The notes below the pieces were generated by a model that searched no databases, had not been told where the DNA came from, and worked only from the letters and a program-made list of their open reading frames with translations. A DNA stretch of 64,000 bases from contig NC_090387.1 of NCBI RefSeq assembly GCF_036365525.1, forward strand, positions 92,545,691 to 92,609,690. The letters are read 5' to 3'. Positions 25,290 through 36,200 of the stretch are shown here, in pieces. The first letter of the stretch is position 1. Each line of letters begins with the position of its first letter. Source of the DNA: Heterodontus francisci (taxonomy: Eukaryota). The position numbers and the translations under genes were made by a program.

Positions 25290-27095
25290 AATACAGAATA
25301 CTGAATAAGGAGGACGTATTAGATAGGCTGTCTGTACTTAAAGTGGATAAGGTACCAGGACCAGATGAGATGCTTCTGAGGGAAATGAGGATGGAAATCA
25401 CGGAGGCACTGACCATAATTTTTTCAGTCTTCCTGAGACTTGGGGATGGTGGCAGAGGACTGGAGAATTGCAAACATTACATCCTTGTTCAAAAAGAGTG
25501 TAAAGACAAGCCCAGTAACTACAGGCCAATCAGTTTAACTTCAGTAATATAAAAGCAAAATACTGCAGATGCCGGAAATCTGAAATAAAAACAAAAAGTG
25601 CTGAAAAATATTCAACGGGTCTGGCAGCGACCTGAAAGTTCTGATGAAAGGTCATTGACCTGAAACGTTAATTCTGCTTCTCTCTCCACAGATGCTGCCA
25701 GACCTGCTGAGTATTTTCCAGCACATTTTGTTTTTATTTCGGTTTAACTTCGGTGGTGGGGAAACTTCGAAAAAGAATAATTCAGGACAAAATTGTCCTG
25801 TCATATAGACAAACGTGGGTTAACTAAATAAAGCCAGCATGGATTTCTTAAGGGAAAATCATGTTTAACTAACTTGCTGGAGTTTTTTGAGGAGTTAACA
25901 GAGAGGGTTGATGAGGGCAATGCTGTTGATGTGGTGAACATGGACTTTCAAAAGGCATTTGATACAGTGCCACACAACAGACTTGTGAGCAAACTTGTAG
26001 CTCATGGAATAAAAGAGATGGTAGCAACATGGATATGAAATTGGCTGAGTGACAGGAAACAAAGAATAGTGGTTAATGGATGTTTTTCAGGCTGGAGGAA
26101 GGTTTGTAGTGGAGTTCCCCTGGGATCAGTGTTAGGACCCTTGCTTTTCCCGATATAAATGATCTCAACCTTGATGCACAGGGCACAATTTCAAAGCTTG
26201 CGGATGATACGAAACTTTGAAGCATTGTAAATTGTGAGTAGGACAGTGTAGAACTTCAAAAGGACGTAGAGAAGTTGGTGGAATGGGCAGACAGGTGGCA
26301 GATGAAATTCAATGCACAGAAATGTGAAGTGATTCATTTTGGTAGGAAGAACATGGAGAGACAATATAGAATAAAGGGTACAATTCTAAATGGGGTGCAG
26401 GAGCAGAGGGACCGAGGTGTATATGTGCATAAGTCATTGAAGGTGGCAGGACAGGTTCAGAGAGTGGTTAATAAAGCATATAGTATCCTGGGCTTTATTA
26501 ATAGGGGCATAGAGTACAAGAGAAAGGAAGTTATGTTAAAACTATATAAGACACTAGTTTTGGCAGCCACACTTTAGGAACGACATGAGAGCATTGGAGA
26601 CAGTACAGAAAAGATTCACGAGAATGTTTCCAGGGATGAGGAATTTCAGTTATGAAGATAGGTTGTAGAAGTTAGGACTGTTTTCCTTGGAGAAGAGAAG
26701 GCTGAGAGGTGATTTGATAGAGGTATTCAAAACATGAGTGGTCTGGACACAGTAGATAGAGAGAAACAGTTCCCACTCATGAAAGGATCGAGAACGAGAG
26801 GGCACAGATTTAAAGTATTTGGTAAGAGAAGCAAAAGTGACATGAGGAAAAACTTTTTCACACAGCGAGTGGTTAAGGTCTGGAATGCGCTGCCTGAGAA
26901 CGTGGTGGAGGCAGGTTCAATTGAAGCATTCAAAAGGGAATTAGACAGTTATATGAAAAGGAAGAATGTGCAGGGTTATGGGGAGAAGGCAGGGGAATGG
27001 AACTGAGTAAATTGCTCTTTCGGCGAGCTGGTATGGACATGAAGGGCTGAATGGCCTCCATCTGCACTGTAACGATTCTGTGATTCTGTGAATTC
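25290..27095 (+). mobile_element. CR1 LINE, 5'-truncated, interrupted by a hammerhead element
   Basis: DKVPGPD..NYRPISLTS, RT motifs and a (GATTCTGT)n tail at 27074-27090; same subfamily as 59431-61526. Confidence 0.92.
25546..25739 (+). mobile_element. Hammerhead element copy 4, palindromic (two inverted arms)
   Basis: Imperfect 15-bp TSD CAGTTTAACTTCAGT / CGGTTTAACTTCGGT. Plus-strand motif AAGTT-CTGATGA-A-AGGTC-ATT-GACCT-GAAAC-GTT-AATTC at 25636-25674; the left arm is an inverted truncated copy. Confidence 0.85.
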
Positions 27096-27114
27096 TAATT
27101 TTTTTTTAATACTG

Positions 27115-27708
27115 ACTGCAGAAAAAGCAATGATCAGACCGTGCCTTAAAAGAACTGGAGGCTGTAACATCTTAGAGTCTCTGAATCTGGTCCTTTTCAA
27201 GTCCACCAGTACAGAAAACCAACCTCCTAGTGATAAGTCTACAAGCAACTAACTTGGTGACCTGCTGAAAATCCACCTCTTCCAGAGAATCCTGCACCGA
27301 CTTCAATGTGTGACTCTTGGTATTGAATCCACCTAACTATACTTCAGGAGTGAAAACGCCTTCTCCACTGGGCCCACAACACATGCCTTTTCCCCAGGAC
27401 TAGCAAAATCATATGACTTACAAACCATTCTTCTGTTTGCAATTTGTAAAAGTGCACTATCCTTTTCTTTCTCGAGTGTGTGTGTGAGTGGTGAGTGAGT
27501 GACATAGCGTTAAACTTTCAGGGTGAATGTGTAAATAAATATAATCTTTATTTAAACCCATGGAAAGCGTGCTGCTGAATATTCAAATTGGCCACACACT
27601 CAGGGGTTAAGAAACATGTGCATCTTCCTTGTCAAAAAGCACATTGATTGCAGACAGCAAAGGGAAAAGAACTGGGGTTTCAGTTCTCTCTCAGTTCTGT
27701 CTATAACA
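27115..27708 (+). mobile_element. Probable partial LTR
   Basis: AATAAA at about 27534, a GT-rich stretch and a ..TATAACA terminus like the LTR at 909-1847. No 5' end or TSD found. Confidence 0.4.
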
Positions 27709-27709
27709 A

Positions 27710-29450
27710 AAGGCAAAGAGAGTATAAGAGACCAGCAGCCAACATAAAAGCGAATCCAAAAGTCTTCCATAAACACACATAAAGGGTAGTAAAAGGAGGG
27801 GTGGGGCCAATTACAGAACCATAAAAGGGATTTGCACATGGAGACGAAGGGCATGGCTAAGGTACTAAATGGGTACTTTGCATCTATCTTTACCAAGGAA
27901 GAAGATGCTGCCAAAGTCACAGTGAAAGAGGAGGTAGTTGAGACCTTGGATGGGCTAAAACTTGATAAAGAGGAGGTATTAGAAAGGCTGGCTGCACTTA
28001 AAGTTGATAAGTCACCAGGACCAGATTGGATGCATCTGAGGATACTGAGGGAAGTAAGGGTGGAAATTGTGGAGGCACTGGCCATAACCTTCCAATCCTC
28101 CTTAGATACAGGGATGGGTGCCAGAGGACTGGAGAATTGCAAATGTTACACCCTTGTTCAAAAAAGGGTGGAAGGATGATTCCAGCAAGTACAGGTCAGT
28201 CAGTTTAACATCAGTGGTGGGAAAGAATTTAGAAATGATAATTCGGGACAAAATTAACAGTCACCTGGACAAGTGTGGATTAATTAAGGAAAGCTAGCAT
28301 GGATTTGTTAAGGACAAATTGTGTTTAACTAACTTGATTGAGTTTTTTGATGAGGTAACAGAGATGGTTGATGAAGGTAATGCATTTGATGTGGTGTACA
28401 TGGACTTCCAAAAGGCATTTAATGATAAAGTGCTACATAATAGAATTGCCAGAAAAGTTGAAGCTCATGGAATAAAAGGGACAGTGGCAGCATGGATACA
28501 AAGTTGGCTGAGTGACAAGAAACTGAGAGAAGTAGTGAAGAGTTGTTTTCCGGACTGTATACAATGGGGTTCCCCCGGAGTCAGTAGTAGGACCACTGCT
28601 TTTCTCGACATATTTAATGACCTAGGACACAATTTCAAAATTTACAAAACTTGGAAGTATTGTAAACTGTGAGGAGGATAATTTTGGTTGGAAGAGCAAG
28701 GAGAGGCTATAAAATAAAGGGTACAATTTTAAAGGGGGTGCAGGAACTGAGGCATTTGGGGGTATATATGCACAAATCATTGAAGGTGGCAGAGTAGGTT
28801 GAGAAAGTGGCTAAAAAGGCATACGGGATCCCGGGCTTTATAAATAGATGCATAGAGTACAAAAGCAAGGAAGTTATGATGACCTTTTATAAAACACTGG
28901 CTTAGCCTCCACTGGAGTATTGTGTCCAATTCTGGGCACCACACTTTAGAAAGGATGTGAAGGCTCTAGAGAGGTTACAAAAAAGATTTATGAGGATGGT
29001 TCCAAGGATGAGGGACTTCAGTTATGTGGATAGATGGGAAAAGCTGGGGTTGTTCTCGCTAGAGAAGAGAAGGTTGAGAGGAGATTTGATAGAGGTGTTT
29101 AAAATCATGATTGGTCTGGACAGAGTAGATGGAGAGAAATTGTTCCCATTGGCTGATGAGTGCAGAACCAGAGGACACGATTTAAGGTGATAGGCAAAAG
29201 AACAAATGGCAACATGAGGAAAATGTATTTTACTCAGCGAGTGGTTAGGATCTGGAATGCACTGCCTGAGAGTGTGGTGGAGGCAGATTATATTGAGTCT
29301 TTCAAAAGGGAATTGGATAATTATCTGAAGAGAAAACAATGTTAGGGCTATGGGGAAAAGGTACGGGAGTGGGTGTAGGTGAGTTCTCTTGCAGAGAGCT
29401 GACATGGACAGAATGGGCCAAATGGCCTCCTTCTGTACTGTAACCATTTT
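27710..29450 (+). mobile_element. CR1 LINE fragment
   Basis: ORF pieces [18 protein letters not shown] and LRGDLIEVFKIM. Confidence 0.9.
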
Positions 29451-29607
29451 AAAATTCAGTTATATGTAAAAAAAACACAATCTAAAGAGGCGAGAGCGAA
29501 AGTTTGAGAGAGACAGGAAGCCATTGAGCACAAATCTAACAAGTACACACTTAGTGAGATGTGTTCCCTCCCTGAAGGAAAAGAGGGAGATGGGACATTC
29601 CCTCTTT

Positions 29608-30395
29608 TCACCCTCCCTCAGCTGAACAGTTTGTTGACTGCAGGTGAAGTTGCTTCGTTGAGTCTTTGCCCAGATTTGGGTGGTTCTGTCTGTCTGTCTG
29701 CTCGCCCTCTGGGATTGGGCCCTGTCCAGTGTAATATTTATCCAGGCTTCCCAGTGTGGTGTGGAGCAGTACCTGATGGACCAGGAACAGCAGGATCCCA
29801 GTTTGCTGGGATGTGACACATTTCACAGAGCTGCTTTGCTGATTTGAAAAGCTGTCGACTCTGTTTCTTGTCAGGGATATTAGTACAGTTTGAAATAGTT
29901 ACAAACACTGATCCCACCTCCCATTCTGAAACAAGTCAAGCAAGTGATTTACACAGGGCTCAGGGGCAAAAAACACGCCCCAGGGAAGGAAATCGATTGG
30001 AGCCACAGCTCACACCCCTCACCCACACAGGGGCTGGAAGGAGCAAAGAATGGACATGGGACACATTCCTTCCCTCTCCTTCCACCACTTCCTCCTCTCC
30101 TCACACCCTCTTGATCTGCTCAGTCACCCCTCTCCCCTCCACCCTCTCATTCCCTCCCTCCCCCTCCTTTCACATTCTTCACTTACCTTCACTCTTTCCA
30201 GAGCCCACCCTCCTGTCTTCCCATAAATCCCTTTTATGTGTATTATAAGTCTGGAGGTATTGCTCATATTGCTGTCCAGAAACAACTGAGTTCCAGATTT
30301 AAACTGGGGATTAGCCTGCTGGTGACTTTCAGGCATTTTTAAAGCTCGCAGTCTGACCAATAGGGACATCGGAAGAATGAAGACCTGACTTTACG
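29608..30395 (-). pseudogene. Two candidate spliced exons (about 30395/30384-30187 and 29772-29608) encoding a degenerate PLAT/LH2-like domain
   Basis: Strong donor GAAG|GTAAGT (30187), pyrimidine-rich acceptors and a phase 0-0 join giving VFI..NPQFKSG..RLIIH..GGWALERVK|VLLH. An in-frame TAA follows the best acceptor. Similarity judged by eye only. Confidence 0.35.
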
Positions 30396-30616
30396 CTGGG
30401 ACAAAATGGGAGGGAAGGGAAGTGATCAAACTCATTTTGCAGGGAGGGCCTGATGCCACATCCAGGCAGCTGGTGAGGGCCCACATTCAGCAGCACCTTT
30501 CTGAACACAAACTGTGGTGCAGGGTCAGGGGGGGGTGGGGGTGGTGGGGAGTGGGGTGATGCCCATGATGAAGGTTGTTTTTAACTTATCTGTGTAATGC
30601 ACACCTGGTTAAAAGT

Positions 30617-31190
30617 GCCCCGAGGAGGTGAACCAGTGTCCAGGCCCTGAGGAGGTGAACCAGTGTCTAGGCCCCGAGGAGGTGAACCAGTGTCCGGGCC
30701 CTGAGGAGGTGAACCAGTGTCCGGGCCCCGAGGAGGTGAACCAGTGTCCGGGCCCTGAGGAGGTGAACCAGTGTCTAGGCCCCGAGGAGGTGAACCAGTG
30801 TCCGGGCCCCGAGGAGGTGAACCAGTGTCTAGGCCCCGAGGAGGTGAACCAGTGTCCGGGCCCCGAGGAGGTGAACCAGTGTCCGGGCCCCGAGGAGGTG
30901 AACCAGTGTCTAGGCCCTGAGGAGGTGAACCAGTGTCTAGGCCCAGAGGAGGTGAACCAGTGTCCGGGCCCCGAGGAGGTGAACCAGTGTCCAGGCCCTG
31001 AGGAAGTGAGCCAGTGTCCGGGCCCCGAGGAGGTGAACCAGTGTCCAGGCCCCGAGGAGGTGAACCAGTGTCCGGGTCCCGAGGAGGTGAACCAGTGTCT
31101 AGGCCCCGAGGAGGTGAACCAGTGTCTGGGCCCCGAGGAGGTGAACAAGTGTCCGGGCCCCGAGGAGGTGAACCAGTGTCTGGGCCCTGA
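30617..31190. repeat. 27-bp minisatellite, about 21 copies
   Basis: Unit GCCCCGAGGAGGTGAACCAGTGTCCGG repeated head-to-tail with few variants. Confidence 0.97.
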
Positions 31191-31556
31191 CAATGTTAGC
31201 CAGTCACTTGTCCTATTTCAAGAACCTTTTGCAAATGGCTGAGAAATTGGGAGCTTGAGATTCTGGACATTTTTTTCTAGTTTCTAACAGCAGATCCTTA
31301 AATGGGCCACTGGAAAGTGTGCCATGCCTGGCTGCACAGATCTAGTGCTTTCTTCCCCCTGATGTCCCAGGGCTCCCCACAATGGAACTGGCTCCAATCT
31401 GATCCCTGGCCTCGGGTGAGCTGTTTCTGGAGACACGACAGGCCCCAGCAGCATTCGGCTCTACTGTTCAGCTGAGACATCACACACCAGACATATTGGG
31501 AGCTAAGAGCTGACAAACCAGGCAGCTGGGGTCAGGGTGTAGGGGGAGAGTCATGT

Positions 31557-31970
31557 CCCGAAGGGTTTGTTTGATATGGGTAGGGAAGGGTCTGGCCCCG
31601 AGGGGTTTGTTTGATGTGGGTGCGGGAGGGTCTGGCGCCGAGGGGTTTGTTTGATGTGGGTGCGGGAGGGTCAGGCCCCGAGGGGTTTGTTTGATGTGGG
31701 TGGGGGAGGGTCTGGCCCCGAGGGGTTTGTTTGATGTGGGTGGGGGAGGGTCTGGCCCCGAGGGGTTTGTTTGATGTGGGTGCGGGAGGGTCAGGCCCCG
31801 AGGGGTTTGTTTGATGTGGGTGCGGGAGGGTCTGGCCCCGAGGGGTTTGTTTGATGTGGGTGCGGGAGGGTCTGGCCCCGAGGGGTTTGTTTGATGTGGG
31901 TGCGGGAGGGTCAGGCCCCGAGGGGTTTGTTTGATGTGGGTGCGGGAGGGTCTGGCCCCGAGGGGTTTGT
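31557..31970. repeat. 40-bp G-rich minisatellite, about 10 copies
   Basis: Unit CCCCGAGGGGTTTGTTTGATGTGGGTGCGGGAGGGTCTGG. Confidence 0.97.
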
Positions 31971-33287
31971 GGGCAGGTAAGAAGATAAGAAATAGGAGCA
32001 GAAGTAGGCCATTCAGCCCCTTGAGTCTGCTCCACCATCCAATAAGTTCATGGTTGATCTGATTGTGGCCTTAACACCACTTTTATACCTGCCCCCCCAC
32101 CCCCCCCCCCCCCCCCCACCTCATAACCCTTGACTCCCTTGTCAATCAAAAATCTGTCTAACTCAGCTTAGAATATATTCAATGACCAAATCTCCACTGT
32201 TTCTGGGTTGAGAATTCCAAAGATTCTGAGAGAATCCCCCTTAGTTTGAAACTATGCCCCCTAGTTCTAGATTCCCCAATGAGGGGAAACATCCTCTCTG
32301 CATCCACCCTTGTCAATCCCCCTTCAGAATCTTACATGTTTCCATCAGATCACCTCTCAGTCTTCTGAACTCTAATGCGAGTGTAGGCCCAACCTGCTCA
32401 ACCTTTCCTCATAAGATACCCCTTCATCCCAGGAATCAACCAATGAATATTCTCTGAACTGCTTCCAATGCATGTCTATCCCTCCTTAAATAAGGTGACC
32501 AAAGCTGTACACAGTACTCTAGGTGCAGTCTCACTAATGCCCTGTAAAGTTGTCGCAAGACTTCCCTACTTTTATACTCCATCCCCCTTGCAATAAATGC
32601 CAACATTCCATTTGTCTTCTAACAACTTGCTAACCTTTTGTGATTCATGTTCAAGGATACCCAGAACCCTCTATACCACAGCGTTCTGCAGTCTCTCTCC
32701 ACTTCAATCATATTCTGCTTTGCTATCCTTCCTGCCAAAGTGGATAACCTCACATTTTCCCACATTATACTACATCTGCTGAATTTTTGCCCTCTCACTT
32801 AACCTATTTATATCCCTCTGCAGATTATTTGTGTCAATTTACTCTCTCCCCTATCTTTGTATCGTCAGCAAATTTGGCTACAATGCACTCAGTCCCTTCA
32901 TCCAAGTCATTAATATAGATTGTAAATAGTTGAGGTCCCAGCACTGATCCCTGTAGCACTCCACTAGTCATTGTTTACCAACCAAAATGACCCATTTATC
33001 CCAACTCACTGTTTCCTGTTAATTAGCCAATCTTCTATCCACGCTAATATATTACCCCCAAAACCATGAGCTCTTATCTTGTGCAGTAACCTTTCATGTG
33101 GAGCCTTATTGAATGTCTTTTGTAAATCTAAGTACATTACATCTACTGGTTCCCCTACATCCACCCTGATTGTAACTGTTCTGGGATCACTTTAAGAGGC
33201 TGTAAGTGAAGGGTCACCGAAGGAAGTGTTGTCGCATCACACATGACCAGAGAGTTGAGGGTGTAGCCTGACAGAGTAAGATGTGTG

Positions 33288-36200
33288 CATGTCACCCTTT
33301 GGAATTGGAGATCTACCGTGGTTGTTGCTTTCCTGTTGGTTGGGGTTTTAGTGCCTGTCCCAGGAAAGCTTCAAGCACAAATGGGTGCAACCAACACCAG
33401 AACTCAAGGCCTGGGAGTGTGCAACACCATTAGCATGGAGGTGAAAGGTAGCGAAGGAGGTTCACCCATCAACTGTGCCTTCTTCATTCAGAAAATCCTG
33501 ATTAATTGCTGTGGATTCCAAGCTGCAGGTATCTTCTGCCTGCAGGACTTCCCCAGCAGTGGATATTTCGATGTGACATTCAAGAATGTGGCGGGATGCA
33601 TCAAGTTCCTGAAGGTATTCAAGGAAAGGGGAAACCAGGCGCCGCGTCGATCCTCACAGTGGAGCCACTCTTCACGCTGCCATTGCAACGTGACCGTGAC
33701 AATCCACCTCTACAACCCCCATGTTCCTGTCGTGGATGTACTCACCTTCCTTACCAGGTACATTGAGGTGGCCAGGAGCAGTACTGATGTCAAGGACCCA
33801 TTTGGGATTTGGACCAGCAAGCGGCAGGTCAAGGTGACCTTGAAAGTCGTTGCCAATGGAGCCATCATCCATTCTCCCTCCAGCTTCGTTATTGGGGGAA
33901 GTCAAGACTTCTTGGTCTACGCCGGGCAGCTCAGAGTTTGTCATACCTGAGGCAAATCGGGTCATGTGGCAGCGAACTGCAGCACATTCGTCTGCAAGAA
34001 CTGCAAGAAGGAAGGCCATCAGACCAAGGACTGTAAACAGAGTAAGTGCTGCAACCTGTGCAATGGGGCAGACCATCTCTACAAGACCTGCCCCAAACGC
34101 TGCCTCAGTTATGCACAGGCAGAAAAGTCCAAGGAAGGGCTGGAGGGAATGGTGAATGCACCTGGCGCTGCGAAGGAGACCAGTGACCCTCACCCCACCG
34201 AGCCCCTCAGCAAGGACCATCTGTCTAAGAAGGAGAGGAAATGGGAGAAAGCTGCAACAAGTGACCCAACACCTACCCCAAGCCCAGAAACTCCTCCACA
34301 ACACAAAGAATCCATAGAGGAGGAGGCAGCAGAGGGACAAACTGGTCAGTGGCAAGTGGTCAAAAGGAAAACCACAAAGAAGAAGCACCAAAAAAAGGAA
34401 CAGGCCACCACCCAAACCAGTGGCAAGAGGAGGCTACCGTCTGAGACAGACTACGGCAGCTGCTCCTCATCGGACGAGGAAGGACCAAAAGATGGTACAT
34501 GCAAAAGAAGCAACAGAACACAAAGGAGCTGGAAGGGAAAGTCCCCCAGCTCCATGGCACTGTAAGCAGTGATGGGCTCAGCGCACCCGAACCCCAAAGC
34601 ACTGAACCCAGTGAGATGCCCAGCGCACTCCAGCTCCGGGAGACTGACAGCAGCAAAGCATCCAGCGCACTTCAGCTCTGGGAAGCCAGGAGCAGAAATG
34701 TCCTCGAGGAGGAACAGAGGGAAAAGACACCACCAGCAGAGGACAGTCCAAACCTGCTAGACCACCACCCCCCCACCCCGATATCACCCCAGCGGAACAA
34801 AGCCCCCATGAGGACCAAGAGGGGTTTCTGAGCCCAACGTCTGTGCAACAGTTTGCAAACGCTATGGGTATGCAGGAAAAATGCCCAAGGAGTGGGACTA
34901 GTAAGGACACCTGGAGTGGTAAACAACATCCAGCTTTAAATGGGTAAAAAGATTGCTTCCATTAACGTGCGTAGCATTAAATCCACTACATGATGTGTTT
35001 CGACCTTGGATTACCTTGCCAAGGTCAAAGCCAACCTATTGTTTCTGCAGGAGTGTGGAAAACCACACCTCAGCACCTACAGACAATGGTCGCAATGGTG
35101 GTCCCACGGGCCATCGATCTGGTCAGGGGGTAATGATTGCCGTTCCTCCGGCCTGGGTATTCTGCTGCGGGGAGGTAACTTCACCATCTCCGAAGTTAAG
35201 GAGGTGGTGGGTGGTCGCCTCCTCGTAGTAGATGTAATGTACAGCAATGCTCCGCTCCGGTTGATCAACGTGTACGCCCCGGTACAACGCAGCGAGCGGC
35301 TGACCGTCTTCCAGCAGCTCCCACTGCTGCTGCCGACGTCCAGGCCGGTCATCCTAGGCGGTGACTTCAACTGCATCATCGATGCGGCTGGACGATCCGG
35401 CAGTGATGACAGCAAACTGGACGCTACGTCTAGATTCCTAACAGAAACAGTTAAAGATGCCAAACTGCACGATGTCTTCGGCAAACCTACAGGCGGACGC
35501 AGCGTAGATACACCTGGTCAGGAATCCTGCCCGTTCCAGGATTGACTTCCTGTTTGTGTCCTGTGTATTCACCGACATCACGCTGGTGTTCTTCTCCGAC
35601 CACTGCCTCCTACTGATTGATTGCCATTTGCAGGACGACCAGAAGGTTGGCAGGGGGACATGGAAGCTGAATGTTACACTGCTAACCCCAGAGAACATTG
35701 AGGAACTCAAAAGGGATTACAAAGATTGGAGAACCGTGAAACCCCTCTTTGAGTCTCCAGTTCACTGGTGAGAAGTGACCAAGGTGAACATCAAGAGGTT
35801 CTTTATCCTCAAAGGTGTTCAGAGGGCGAGAGAGAGACAGAGGGAAATGTCCCGACTCCAGAAAAAAATGCAGAATCTTCTCCAGCTGCAGTCGATGAGG
35901 GTCGAGGTCAAGGAGGACCTCCAAGTGGTCAAGGAGGATCTCCAAGAGGTGAAGAGCCAGCAGGCCGCGCTCTTTGCCATGGAGGCCTCCAAGATCATCT
36001 TCCGCTTCAGAGTCCGCTCCATTGAGCAGGATGAGACGTGCTCGCGTTACTTCTTCCAAAAGGTACACACAGAGAGCTGTGTGATCAGCAGCCTGAAGGA
36101 AGAGGTTGGCTCAGAAATGTCATTGCAGTCTGACATACTAAGGATCAGCAAATCTTTTTATGCTGGGCTGTACGACGTGAAGCCCACGGATAGCACAACC

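Noticed and set aside
30617-31970. CRISPR-like arrays
   Set aside because: The units are contiguous with no unique spacers, there are no cas genes, and the context is eukaryotic: these are minisatellites.
33381-34565. Host zinc-knuckle gene (ZCCHC3-like)
   Set aside because: It is ORF1 of the L1/Tx1 element: followed by APE ORF2, enclosed by a TSD and disrupted by stops and frameshifts.
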